A DNA stretch of 64,000 nt. It comes from Candidatus Hikarchaeia archaeon HikBin5. Its GTDB lineage: Archaea; Halobacteriota; Halobacteria; Halobacteriales; Hikarchaeaceae. Where the stretch lies: NCBI GenBank assembly GCA_009889625.1, contig WTZU01000004.1:1588-65587 (forward strand). Reading direction: 5' to 3'. The notes under the pieces were generated by a model. That model was given only the letters and a program-made list of their open reading frames with translations, did no database searches and was not told the DNA's origin. The translations under genes and the position numbers were made by a program. Below, one piece after another: positions 42,753-53,040 of this stretch (within the stretch, counting starts at the first letter, position 1; each line of letters starts with the position of its first letter).

Positions 42753-43307
42753 TCACCGTTTGATCATTTGGTATGCAATATATACTCCTAATGCAATCAC
42801 TATTGTTCCTATTATAATTACCCAATTTTGTATAATTGCAAGGGAAGCCGCAGCCATCGTAACTGCAACCATCATTAATGCAATTAATGGAATTTTGCCT
42901 GTTGGAACTACTGGGTCCGAATCCACTATCTTTGGTTTTGGAATGGATAATCTTTCATCAATTTTAATTTGACCCCTAGTGTCTCTCGCATCTCTAACTA
43001 CGACGTTAGAGTATGCAGTTTCAGAACCATGGCCTGTTACTATTTTGATCACTCCTTCTGTTTCTGGGGCACCCTCGCCAACTTTGACATCTAGTCTCAC
43101 ATTTTCCCGATCTTTTAGAAACCGGTTCGAAACACCCATGTGTGCAAAATCTGCAAGTTCATCACTAAGATGTAAATAAACATGACATGGGCCACCGTGG
43201 TTGTATAATATAATTCCAAATGATCCACTTACTTCTATCGGCGTTTCTTCAAATTCTATCGAATTGGGAAACATTCTATTGATGTGGACTTCTAGATCTG
43301 CAGTCAC
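42753..43307 (-). CDS. Conserved hypothetical protein with C-terminal TM anchors (DUF7524-like)
   Basis: LEVHINR...NHGGPCHVYLHLSDEL...IKIVTGHG...IDERLS, then two TMs. GTG 43307 is the probable start. Confidence 0.7.
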   Translation of the reverse strand: MTADLEVHINRMFPNSIEFEETPIEVSGSFGIILYNHGGPCHVYLHLSDELADFAHMGVSNRFLKDRENVRLDVKVGEGAPETEGVIKIVTGHGSETAYSNVVVRDARDTRGQIKIDERLSIPKPKIVDSDPVVPTGKIPLIALMMVAVTMAAASLAIIQNWVIIIGTIVIALGVYIAYQMIKR

Positions 43308-43364
43308 AGCCTGTATATGTCTGAGCAAGGTAAAAAGATATCTGGCTAATCAGATTGGAATTCC

Positions 43365-43544
43365 CTAACGTAAATTTGGAGGTAGCATATTGGGTATCTC
43401 ATCTTCAATTTGATATTCTTCTCCGCACTTTGTACATGTAAGGGTGCCTGTAATGACCACATCTTCCTCCTCCTTTGTTATTTTCAATTCCAATTCTTCT
43501 TTACAAATGGGACAACAAAGAATATCCACAAGATCTTTCCTCAT
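43365..43544 (-). CDS. trm112: Methyltransferase activator Trm112 (59 aa; absent from ORF track)
   Basis: Hand translation gives MRKDLVDILCCPICKEELELKITKEEEDVVITGTLTCTKCGEEYQIEDEIPNMLPPNLR*; directly downstream of purA. Confidence 0.92.
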   Translation of the reverse strand: MRKDLVDILCCPICKEELELKITKEEEDVVITGTLTCTKCGEEYQIEDEIPNMLPPNLR

Positions 43545-43587
43545 AATTTCTAAGAAAACATATGATATTAAAAATGTGACGGGATCT

Positions 43588-44904
43588 TTACCAATTAAAT
43601 GGCCTTCTCCTCAATACAGTTTCTGATCGACTAGGTCCCACTCCGACTGCTATTATGTCCGCATCAACTTCCTTAGCTACATAATCCATGTAATCTTGGG
43701 CTGTTTTAGGCAATGCTTCATATCCATTTTCTGCTATATCTCTCCAATCACATTCTGGCCAACCAGGGAAAGTTATATATTCCGCTTGGCATTCTCCCCA
43801 TAGTTCTGTAGTGGGTGGTAAAGTCCGTATACTCTCTCCTCTAAATTCATATGATTCGGCCACTTTTATGTCTCCCATTCCTGCAAGAACATCTATATGG
43901 TTTATCACTATGCCTGTGAATCCATTCACTCTCGCAGCATGGCGCAGCATGGGCATGTCTAACCACCCTACCCTTCGAGGACGGCCGGTAACGGTTCCAT
44001 ATTCGCCCCCCCGTTCCCGTAGATCATCTGCAAACTCCCCCTCCAATTCTGTAGGTAAAGGCCCCGTTCCTACACGTGATAAATATGCTTTTACTATCCC
44101 TATTATCTCTCCATTTCCTATTATCCTAGGTGATACGCCACTCCCTGTAGCTGCATACCCCGAGGAAGAATTAGACGAAGTAACGTGGGGATAGATACCA
44201 TGATCTATATCTAGAGATGTCCCCTGTGCACCCTCGAATATGACTTTTGCTCCCGATTTTATCTCTTTGGTTATGAACTCCCCTGCAACAATGGCCATAT
44301 CCTCATTTTTAATTCTCTTTCCATATGCACAATATTCTCTATATATTGCTTCCACATCAAATGCCTCATCTACAACCGAACCAAATACATCAGAAGCTAT
44401 TTTTGACCGCTTCTGAACTAAATATTCTAATTTCTCTAAAAAAAGTTCTTCATCGAGGAGATCTCCGACCCTAATTCCCCTTCGACCCGCTTTATCTTCA
44501 TATGTGGGGCCAATACCCCTGCCAGTCGTACCTGCATCCAGTTTCATTTCCTTTTTAGCAACTTCTTCTAGATTATCCACTATTTTGTGAAATGGAAATA
44601 TTATATGTGCCCTTTGGGAAACATAGACTTTTGGATCAATCCCCCTCTTGCGCAAACCATCAATTTCATCAAATAATGTTTTTGGATTTACAACACACCC
44701 ATTTCCCAAAATTCCTATCTTCCCGCTAATCGCACCACTTGGAACTAGTGATAATTGATATTTTTCATCACCTATAACCACCGTGTGCCCTGCGTTATCT
44801 CCGCCTTGATATCTGACAACTATGTCTGCTTCGTCACAAAATATATCTACTATTCGGCCCTTTCCTTCGTCCCCTAGTTGAGAACCAACAATTGTTATGC
44901 TCAT
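43588..44904 (-). CDS. purA: Adenylosuccinate synthetase
   Basis: QLGDEGKG, GGDNAGHT, EGAQG, EYGTVTGRPRRVGWLD. Confidence 0.99.
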   Translation of the reverse strand: MSITIVGSQLGDEGKGRIVDIFCDEADIVVRYQGGDNAGHTVVIGDEKYQLSLVPSGAISGKIGILGNGCVVNPKTLFDEIDGLRKRGIDPKVYVSQRAHIIFPFHKIVDNLEEVAKKEMKLDAGTTGRGIGPTYEDKAGRRGIRVGDLLDEELFLEKLEYLVQKRSKIASDVFGSVVDEAFDVEAIYREYCAYGKRIKNEDMAIVAGEFITKEIKSGAKVIFEGAQGTSLDIDHGIYPHVTSSNSSSGYAATGSGVSPRIIGNGEIIGIVKAYLSRVGTGPLPTELEGEFADDLRERGGEYGTVTGRPRRVGWLDMPMLRHAARVNGFTGIVINHIDVLAGMGDIKVAESYEFRGESIRTLPPTTELWGECQAEYITFPGWPECDWRDIAENGYEALPKTAQDYMDYVAKEVDADIIAVGVGPSRSETVLRRRPFNW

Positions 44905-45094
44905 CCCTTATATGTCTCAATCTGCACACTCTGCGTATACATATTTCGATCCCTCTCTCCACTGACGATTAATTTTTTCCATTTGGATAACAAATTCTCA
45001 ATTACTACTATTTCCACCTCCCATTTCCAAAAACTAAATCCATTTTCGCCAAAATCGCAAAAAGACTTTTATCAGCTATCCTCCTACTCAGCCT

Positions 45095-45388
45095 ATGATC
45101 GATCGTCTTGAGAAAGAAGTCGAGATGTTACACCGACATCTTGAAATTCTCCAGCTAGTCATTTCTAGTGAACCAATTGGGATAGTTAAAATGTCCAACG
45201 AAACTGGACTCCAACACCACAAAATAAGATACTCTCTTCGAGTCCTAGAGGAGGGTGGTCTAATCGCCCCATCTAGTCAAGGTGCCATCTGCACAGACCA
45301 AACTTCCGCATTTGTTGAAGGCCTGGGCGGCAAGCTAGATGCCATTCGATCTAGTCTAAATTCACTTGGTATCTCTCCCTCTGATTAA
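45095..45388 (+). CDS. Small winged-helix hypothetical protein (archaeal)
   Basis: EPIGIVKMSNETGLQHHKIRYSLRVLEEGGLIAPSSQGA. Confidence 0.8.
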   Translation: MIDRLEKEVEMLHRHLEILQLVISSEPIGIVKMSNETGLQHHKIRYSLRVLEEGGLIAPSSQGAICTDQTSAFVEGLGGKLDAIRSSLNSLGISPSD

Positions 45389-45398
45389 ACCTGATTTT

Positions 45399-47075
45399 CT
45401 ACAATTCTGGGAACAATAAATGTACTTCTTCCCCTTCTCTACATTCAACTAAACCTAAGTAAAAACTTTTCTTCCTTGAAACCTTGATTCTGGGGTCTCC
45501 TTTCCAAGAACGCTTTTTACCTTTCATCTTTTGAACAGCCACTTCCCGGGCTTCTTTAGAATGGTAGCTTGAACTAACCAAAAACGCTGCCACCAATGTA
45601 TCTTTACCTTCTGCAAGCCTAGACGCAGATTCCACTAATTCTGTTACCATCTCCCCACCAGTCGGATCAAGATCATCATTCACATTAGCAACAATAAGTG
45701 GATCTCCTTCCTCATTAAGTACAATAATATCAAATCTATGTCTTCTAGATTCGCCCTCTTTTGATATGGTTTCTACCGACTCTCTCAATTGAATCCTGTC
45801 CATATCTGGAATTGCCCTATACAATGATTTGAACAACTTGATATTTTTAGTCCCTTTAATCTCATAAGGCAATTTTAAATATGCCCATTTCGAAAATCTG
45901 TATTCTGGTGTTTTAAGTATATATTCTTTGACACTTTCAGTACCACCTTTACACTTCACCAATGTTGTGTCTGTATCAAATCTACTATGAATTTCATATC
46001 TCAAATTCCTTTCAACCGCCACCGATCCAACTGCCTTTCTACCTCGCAGTGACATCGAGAGAGTTGGGCCATCATCATTCTTATATCTGATAAATATATT
46101 TGACCTCTCCTTCGCAAATTCTGGATCTACTATATTTTGAATAATTTCATTTTCATCAGACTGGGATTCTTTGCCCACTTGGACTTGTGTTTTTTCTTCC
46201 CTCTTGGGAATAACTCGCTCTTCCACAATTTCATTTATTTTCTCTACAATTGGTTTTTGCACTTCCGGATCTTCCAACTCTGTCTCATTTTTGAGTATCT
46301 CAATCGCCAAACTATCTTTGGTAGGGTCAATTGAAGGCACTATTCTTGATGTTCTCCATTCCATCTCCTGGTTAAATTTAATTTCATTTCCAACTACTTC
46401 TCCCTCGACTTCTTCAGTAATATTTTCCAACACTACCTCTTCCTCCATTGCGCCCCTATCTTCTGCCAATTGTTCTTCTTCACTTTGGACTTCAACATTT
46501 TCTGCACTATCTGGAAAAGAGACATCAGTATTTTTTATCCCTGGGATTTGAATGGAATCTATACTTGCCGGGTTCACTTGGTATATCCCAATCTCACTTT
46601 CCATCTCTTTTCTAGCTTCTTCATCTACAAGCAATCGATTTGTATTTCCAATAAATGCCACTTCCATCACTCTGCCTTTGTGATAAACGAGATAATAATC
46701 TCCACTTAAAACATTCTCTGAAAGCTCTACATATCCTGTGAATTTCGCTTCTTTCAATGTAGTGTCCATCTCTCCAATTGGTTTATTCTCCGTATAATAT
46801 TGCATTCCTTCTTCTTTAGTTTTGGATTGCATAGAAAAAAGTAAAGGAAGAGCTGGGTGGGGGGATACATAAACAGTTCCTTCACCTCTCTCAAAATCAT
46901 CTATTCCCCTTCCTTCCATTCCTATGATGTTCCCCTTAACCATGAACAACCATGACTCTCCCATTTCTATAGAGCCCGAGAACCCATTTTCATTCATTTC
47001 CTGCAACTCAGAATAACCCCGTGTGAAAGAATTCTTTTCCCAAGATTCCATTTTTGAGATTATGCTGTGGTCCAT
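45399..47075 (-). CDS. Conserved haloarchaeal-type hypothetical protein (DUF7527-like)
   Basis: HPALPLLFSM, FTGYVELSENVLSGDYY, acidic linker, C-terminal FDIIV...PLIVAN (nuclease-fold-like). Confidence 0.7.
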   Translation of the reverse strand: MDHSIISKMESWEKNSFTRGYSELQEMNENGFSGSIEMGESWLFMVKGNIIGMEGRGIDDFERGEGTVYVSPHPALPLLFSMQSKTKEEGMQYYTENKPIGEMDTTLKEAKFTGYVELSENVLSGDYYLVYHKGRVMEVAFIGNTNRLLVDEEARKEMESEIGIYQVNPASIDSIQIPGIKNTDVSFPDSAENVEVQSEEEQLAEDRGAMEEEVVLENITEEVEGEVVGNEIKFNQEMEWRTSRIVPSIDPTKDSLAIEILKNETELEDPEVQKPIVEKINEIVEERVIPKREEKTQVQVGKESQSDENEIIQNIVDPEFAKERSNIFIRYKNDDGPTLSMSLRGRKAVGSVAVERNLRYEIHSRFDTDTTLVKCKGGTESVKEYILKTPEYRFSKWAYLKLPYEIKGTKNIKLFKSLYRAIPDMDRIQLRESVETISKEGESRRHRFDIIVLNEEGDPLIVANVNDDLDPTGGEMVTELVESASRLAEGKDTLVAAFLVSSSYHSKEAREVAVQKMKGKKRSWKGDPRIKVSRKKSFYLGLVECREGEEVHLLFPEL

Positions 47076-47102
47076 ACCTTATATTAAGGTCGTACGTTGT
47101 AA

Positions 47103-47411
47103 TTAGTTTCGGTTCCTGCCGAGAATCTTTTTTAAAATCATAAAAGATGAAACTGCAAATGGAAACCTAATAATTTCTAGACATTCATTCACTGCTATCG
47201 CTATTGCCGCATTCCCTATAGTTGGGTCAATTGATTCGAGGGGGATGATCGAATCAAGTCGAATCCATTCAAGAAATAAAATTGCATCTGCGCCTCCTAT
47301 CATTCCATATTCCAACAACAAAAATATGATAATGCCCGAAACTGCCCATAAAGCAGTCCAATACACGAAGAAAAATATTCCATATTCTTTGATAATTTTT
47401 TTCCAACCCAT
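47103..47411 (-). CDS. Small membrane protein, FAM210/DUF1279-like
   Basis: KKIIKEYG, then a TM, then GNAAIAIAVNECLEIIRFP; similarity judged by eye. Confidence 0.55.
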   Translation of the reverse strand: MGWKKIIKEYGIFFFVYWTALWAVSGIIIFLLLEYGMIGGADAILFLEWIRLDSIIPLESIDPTIGNAAIAIAVNECLEIIRFPFAVSSFMILKKILGRNRN

Positions 47412-47474
47412 GAAAAATCACTTAATAGCTATTGAATCATTCTTGACGATTAATCGTTTTCTTTTTAATAATAG

Positions 47475-47753
47475 TTATAGTCTCTTCTCCGCATCGGTTG
47501 CCAATTCTCCCATCCTTTTAGAAAGCCTACCTGCATTTGAAAATTCATAATCACTCATGGCATCTGCTAATGATTGACCTAAGACAAACACTGCATGCTT
47601 ATGTTCACTTTTAGATTTATGAACATGAGATGGATTCACATCAAGCACTTCGTACGGAGAAAAAACCTCTACATCTATCTCATCTTGTTGTATAAAATAA
47701 TCCATTATTGTTGCCAAGTGTCCATGCAATTGAATTAATTCGTCTTTATGCAT
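47475..47753 (-). CDS. UPF0058 family protein
   Basis: MHKDELIQLH...PSHVHKSKSEHKHAVFVLG. Confidence 0.88.
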   Translation of the reverse strand: MHKDELIQLHGHLATIMDYFIQQDEIDVEVFSPYEVLDVNPSHVHKSKSEHKHAVFVLGQSLADAMSDYEFSNAGRLSKRMGELATDAEKRL

Positions 47754-47933
47754 AATTCCACTTTGTACCTGCAATCTCTTAAATACCGCTTGAGATAAGT
47801 TAAACTATGACTCAATTTCTCAATTTGGACCATTTCTCTCGATTTTGGCTCCTTTTACGGGCTAACTACCAATTATCCCCATTCGTTTACTTTGACAAGG
47901 TCCAAATACGTACCTGAGATATCCTCACTATAG

Positions 47934-49298
47934 ATGCCTGCATCTGCACAATTTGAAAATATAGATTCGACACTCTCTCCCTCGGAGAGTGGGATTTTAG
48001 TAAGTAGGAGTATTGATATTTCCTCTATTGATGTCCGATCCATTTTTCATAAACTAAATTCTCCTCGAATTCTTTGGTCTTCTCCCAATCAAGCATTTAC
48101 CCTCTCATTTGGGTCTGCAATAACACTATCTGCTACTGGGGACCTTCGATTCGAGAAAATAAAAGAAGCAGCCGATCTCTCATTCGCCGATGCGGATATT
48201 GATTCTTTTAATAACCATTTACACACACCGAAATTCTTCGGTGGTTTTTCGTTCGACCCAAGCCACAAGGAATCTCCTCCTTGGTCGGGATTTCATTCTT
48301 CACTTTTCATTTTACCAAAGATCAATATCGTGCAATCTGATAATGGCTTTGAACTGACTCTAAATATGTATGGCGAAGACATCGATCCATTCCAAGTAGA
48401 ATCCGATCTCATTTCGTTAAAATCAGATTTAGAATCCATGCCACTCATCCACTCCTCTACCAATTCACACCAATTCGTTAAATTGACCCCTTCAATTTCC
48501 AATAGTCTCTGGAATTCTCAAGTAAACGAAATTCTAGGTTCAATTAAAGACGGATCTGTACATAAGGTTGTACTTGCACAATCTCTCCGTGCAACCCTTG
48601 AATGTCCCCCTTCTCTTCTTGATGTTTTCTACAACCTATGTGATCAAAATCCAGGTTGCTACCATTTCTTATTTGAACCACTGGAAGGTAATACTATGTT
48701 CGGAGCCACGCCCGAACTTTTAGTTTCCAGAAATGGAAATCTAATCCAAACAGAGGTCTTAGCAGGATCCATAGCTCGAGGCAGTTCCCAGCCAATTGAT
48801 GAGGATTTATCAAAAAAACTTTTGATGAGTTCTAAAAACCAACATGAACATTCTATAGTTCTCGATAACTTGAATTCTAAGATCAAATCATTCTCAAATG
48901 ATGTAGAAATCAATCCTCAGAAAATAAAGAAACTAGAAACAGTTCAACATATTTGGACAACAATGAAAGCACATATGCATACTAACGATCATATTTTGTC
49001 CATCACCAATACATTTCATCCCACTCCTGCCATTAGTGGCATTCCTTCTGATGTTGCCCAAAACTTCATTCGTTCCACGGAACCCTTCGAACGTGGCTGG
49101 TATGGTGGCCCATTTGGTTGGTTTGATCCCACTGGCAACGGAGAATTTGTTGTTTGCATCCGATCTGCCATAGCACATGAAAATGAGGTAGTTTTGTATG
49201 CAGGAGCCGGAATTGTTCAAAATTCCGATCCTCAAGAAGAATGGGAAGAAATTCAACTAAAATTCCAACCCATTCTCAATTCATTCAATTCACCATGA
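47934..49298 (+). CDS. menF: Isochorismate synthase
   Basis: KVVLA, GATPELLV, KNQHEH, HPTPAISG, RGWYGGP, AGAGIV; first gene of the men cluster. Confidence 0.93.
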   Translation: MPASAQFENIDSTLSPSESGILVSRSIDISSIDVRSIFHKLNSPRILWSSPNQAFTLSFGSAITLSATGDLRFEKIKEAADLSFADADIDSFNNHLHTPKFFGGFSFDPSHKESPPWSGFHSSLFILPKINIVQSDNGFELTLNMYGEDIDPFQVESDLISLKSDLESMPLIHSSTNSHQFVKLTPSISNSLWNSQVNEILGSIKDGSVHKVVLAQSLRATLECPPSLLDVFYNLCDQNPGCYHFLFEPLEGNTMFGATPELLVSRNGNLIQTEVLAGSIARGSSQPIDEDLSKKLLMSSKNQHEHSIVLDNLNSKIKSFSNDVEINPQKIKKLETVQHIWTTMKAHMHTNDHILSITNTFHPTPAISGIPSDVAQNFIRSTEPFERGWYGGPFGWFDPTGNGEFVVCIRSAIAHENEVVLYAGAGIVQNSDPQEEWEEIQLKFQPILNSFNSP

Positions 49299-51046
49299 CT
49301 TCACATAGCATAAATACACTCTGGAGTCAGGCGATCATTGAAGAACTACTCAAAGCTGGAATCAATAAAGCTTGTATAACCCCCGGGGGCCGATCTGCAC
49401 CGCTATCTTTCTCTCTGCTAAACCATTCTGAATTCGATACATACGTCCATTTAGACGAACGATCTGCTGGATTTTTTGCACTTGGAATGGCAAAACGAAC
49501 CGGGATCCCCACTCCTGTCGTTTGCACATCCGGAACTGCAGTCGCAAATCTTCACCCTTCTGTCATAGAAGCAGACCATTCTCGTACACCTCTGTTACTA
49601 CTAACTGCCGACCGACCCTCTGATCTCCACCACAGTGGTTCAAACCAAACTATATCTCAAGATAATATTTTTTCAAACTCCATTCGATGGAGTCAAACAT
49701 TACCCGAACCCGAATTAGACGACCGAAAATTCCGCTCTCTGCGTTCTTCCATCTCTCGATCTTTATCCAAATGTAATGGGACACTACCCGGCCCTGTACA
49801 TATTAATATTCCTTTTAGAAAGCCACTTGAACCCAATGACCATCCTGATGAAAATATTGAGAATTTCATACAAAATAATCCTCTCGCTTCTCAAGGCAGG
49901 ATCGGACCTTATACTCGAAATACTCCTGGGATTAGTACTCTCTCCATCTCCAATCTAGAACGAATATCCAATCTCATTTCCAATTCTGACAATGGGTTGA
50001 TCATAGTTGGTCCCTCAAACCCTGGTTCCATCTCTCCAAAATCTATCTCTGCTCTCTCAAATTCCCTTAATTTCCCCATATTGGCAGATCCTCTATCTGG
50101 ACTTAGGTACGGTAAACATATTAAATCGACACACATATGTGGAGGGTATGATTCATACCTGCGTCCTCCTATAACAAAAGATTGGCCAAAACCCGATGTA
50201 ATCTTGCGATTTGGGGCTGCACCCATTTCCATACCTCTTCAAAAGTATGTTCTTCAAACCGGGGCTTATGAACTACTAATTGACCCTGCATCCCAAGCAA
50301 GAGATCCTTCATTCACCTCTTCTGAACTTGTTTCATGCGATCCAAATTGGTTCGCAGATACTCTATCGAGTCAACTTTCTCTCCCTTCTGGAACTTTACT
50401 TGACCATTTATCTCATGCCGAATCTACTTATTGGAATTTAATTAAATCTCAGGATTCTTTCTTCGAGGGTTCAATCACATCTTCCATTTTGGACATGTCT
50501 CCTGAAGATTCAACAATTATCATATCAAACAGCATGCCTATCCGGGATTTAGATCGGTTTGGAAAACCCAATCTTAAAAAATTCACTTTGATTGGAAATA
50601 GAGGTGCGAGTGGAATCGATGGGATGATAAGTACCGCACTCGGGGCAGCTAGTTGCACCGAAGACCAGGCAATTTTATTAATTGGAGATGTCGCATATTA
50701 TCATGATTTATCCGGTCTATTAGCACTCAACAAATTTGATTTAAAACTGATAATAATTGAAATTAATAACAATGGAGGGGGTATCTTCTATAGGCTGCCA
50801 ATTTCTAAATATGATCCACCTTTCACAACGGGATTCCGAACACCACACAATTTAGATCTGTCCCACTCTTCAAATCTATATGGATTTGATTTCACTCGCG
50901 TATCTTCTTTAGAGGAATTTAACCTCGCATATGAGGCCGCTCTTAACAAAAACAACTCCTGTGTCATCGAAGTTCTCAGCGACCCCTTAATTAACCAATC
51001 CGTCCATGAACAATTACAAGACCTTGTTATCAAAAAAATAAACTAA
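49295..51046 (+). CDS. menD: SEPHCHC synthase
   Basis: PGGRSAPL, DERSAGFFALG, CTSGTA, TADRP, NRGASGIDG, GDVAYYHD...NNNGGGIF. Confidence 0.96.
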   Translation: MTSHSINTLWSQAIIEELLKAGINKACITPGGRSAPLSFSLLNHSEFDTYVHLDERSAGFFALGMAKRTGIPTPVVCTSGTAVANLHPSVIEADHSRTPLLLLTADRPSDLHHSGSNQTISQDNIFSNSIRWSQTLPEPELDDRKFRSLRSSISRSLSKCNGTLPGPVHINIPFRKPLEPNDHPDENIENFIQNNPLASQGRIGPYTRNTPGISTLSISNLERISNLISNSDNGLIIVGPSNPGSISPKSISALSNSLNFPILADPLSGLRYGKHIKSTHICGGYDSYLRPPITKDWPKPDVILRFGAAPISIPLQKYVLQTGAYELLIDPASQARDPSFTSSELVSCDPNWFADTLSSQLSLPSGTLLDHLSHAESTYWNLIKSQDSFFEGSITSSILDMSPEDSTIIISNSMPIRDLDRFGKPNLKKFTLIGNRGASGIDGMISTALGAASCTEDQAILLIGDVAYYHDLSGLLALNKFDLKLIIIEINNNGGGIFYRLPISKYDPPFTTGFRTPHNLDLSHSSNLYGFDFTRVSSLEEFNLAYEAALNKNNSCVIEVLSDPLINQSVHEQLQDLVIKKIN

Positions 51047-51104
51047 ACCTTTCCTAAAAAAGAAACCTTTATCTTTTTCATTCCTTCCACCCAATCATCT
51101 TCAT

Positions 51105-51980
51105 ATGACATCTTCAATTATGGACGAAAATAGGTGGGTTTCCATAGATATACAAAAATTCGAAGATATAACTTACCACAAAGAAAAAGAGGGGAATGCA
51201 GTTAGAATCGCATTTAATCGACCCGAAGTTAGAAATGCATTCCGCCCACAAACCATCGACGAACTATACGTTGCACTTGACCATGCACGAATGCAAGCAG
51301 ATGTTGCATGTATACTTCTCACTGGAAATGGACCTTCTCCCAAAGATGGGGGGTGGGCTTTCTGCTCTGGCGGGGATCAAAACTACAGGGGAAAAGCTGG
51401 CTATGAATACGAAACTCGATCTTCAATCGGCAGATTGCACATACTAGAGGTCCAGCGATTAATTCGTTTTATGCCAAAACCTGTTATTGCCGTTGTACCT
51501 GGGTGGGCAGTTGGAGGCGGACATAGTCTCCATGTTGTTTGTGATTTGACTATAGCAAGCAGTGAACACGCAAAATTCCTTCAGACCGATGCAGATGTGG
51601 CCAGTTTTGATGGTGGATTTGGATCTGCATACTTGGCAAAACAAATTGGTCAGAAACGGGCAAGAGAAGTATTTTTCATAGGGAAAACTTACACCGCACA
51701 AGAAGCGAAAGATATGGGCATGGTGAATGAAGTAGCTCCTCACCCCGACCTAGAATCTATAGCTTTGGATTGGGCCCACGACATCGGTGCCAAATCTCCA
51801 ACAGCAATTAGGATGCTAAAATACGCATTTAATCTATCTGATGACGGATTGGTAGGTCAACAATTATTTGCGGGTGAAGCGACTAGACTTGCATACGGAA
51901 CCGAGGAAGCAACGGAAGGTAGGGATTCTTTCCTTTCTAAACGAAAACCAGACTTTTCGAAGATACCTTGGCATTTTTGA
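51105..51980 (+). CDS. menB: 1,4-dihydroxy-2-naphthoyl-CoA synthase
   Basis: NRPEVRNAF, FCSGGDQ, GWAVGGGHSLHVVCDL, SFDGGFG. Confidence 0.97.
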   Translation: MTSSIMDENRWVSIDIQKFEDITYHKEKEGNAVRIAFNRPEVRNAFRPQTIDELYVALDHARMQADVACILLTGNGPSPKDGGWAFCSGGDQNYRGKAGYEYETRSSIGRLHILEVQRLIRFMPKPVIAVVPGWAVGGGHSLHVVCDLTIASSEHAKFLQTDADVASFDGGFGSAYLAKQIGQKRAREVFFIGKTYTAQEAKDMGMVNEVAPHPDLESIALDWAHDIGAKSPTAIRMLKYAFNLSDDGLVGQQLFAGEATRLAYGTEEATEGRDSFLSKRKPDFSKIPWHF

Positions 51981-52048
51981 CCCTTTCTCATTTTCCCATT
52001 TCTACTTCGTAACTATTTTTCTCCTCCCTGCATTTAATTAAAATTGAT

Positions 52049-52987
52049 ATGGAATTTGTGAAGAATCTTTCTACAAATCCCTGGGTGATGGCAATTCGTT
52101 TACATACACTACCTGCCATTGTCGCTCCTATCTTTTTAGGAACAAGCATAGCAATTCATGATGGTGTATTTCAACCATCCATTGTATTTGTCGTTCTACT
52201 CTGCTCTCTTCTGATCCAAATAGGAACCAATCTGGCAAATGATTACTATGACGCATTAAATTCCGTCGACACTTCCGATAGAATCGGATTCAAACGGGCA
52301 ACAGCGTCAGGACTCATCTCCCCTCCTCAGATGAAAAAAGCTTGGATTATGACATTTTGTTTTGCAATGTTATTGGGATTTTATTTACTTTATATCGGAG
52401 GTATCCCCATACTTCTAATAGGACTGCTCAGCATCACCGCGGGGATACTTTATACTGGTGGGCCATACCCCTTCGGATACTATGGACTCGGAGATGCATT
52501 TGTATTTATTTTCTTTGGAATCATAGCAGTAACAGGAACTTATTATGTCCAATCTGTAAGTGCATTTTCCCAATTTCCACTATGGTTTCCTCCTGGGACT
52601 ATCACAACATTACCTATCATAGCTAGTATCTCCATGGCCTCTCTTACTACTTCTATATTGGTAGTAAATAATATCAGAGACATGGACACTGATAAAAAAG
52701 CAGGTAAGCTTACACTTTCTATCTACCTTGGAGAATTCTGGGGCAAAATGGAGTATCTACTTCTCATATTACTAGGTTTTTATATCCCTGTCTATTTCTA
52801 TACCTCTCTTAATTTTCCATTAACTGTACTTCTCCCCCTTCTCTTATGTCCTTATGGCATTCTGTTAATTTACAAGATATTTTCCAACCCCGCTCCTATT
52901 GATTTCAATCAGATCTTAAAACACACAACATTCTTAACATTATTTTTCTCCATTTTATTTGGAATTGGAATCTTCAATCATTTTTAG
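52049..52987 (+). CDS. menA: DHNA polyprenyltransferase
   Basis: NLANDYYD, YTGGPYPFGYYGLGD, NNIRDMDTD. Confidence 0.95.
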   Translation: MEFVKNLSTNPWVMAIRLHTLPAIVAPIFLGTSIAIHDGVFQPSIVFVVLLCSLLIQIGTNLANDYYDALNSVDTSDRIGFKRATASGLISPPQMKKAWIMTFCFAMLLGFYLLYIGGIPILLIGLLSITAGILYTGGPYPFGYYGLGDAFVFIFFGIIAVTGTYYVQSVSAFSQFPLWFPPGTITTLPIIASISMASLTTSILVVNNIRDMDTDKKAGKLTLSIYLGEFWGKMEYLLLILLGFYIPVYFYTSLNFPLTVLLPLLLCPYGILLIYKIFSNPAPIDFNQILKHTTFLTLFFSILFGIGIFNHF

Positions 52988-53040
52988 TTTCTACCATCCA
53001 TCTCGAAAAATTAATCTGATAGAAGGTACTTATCAATACA

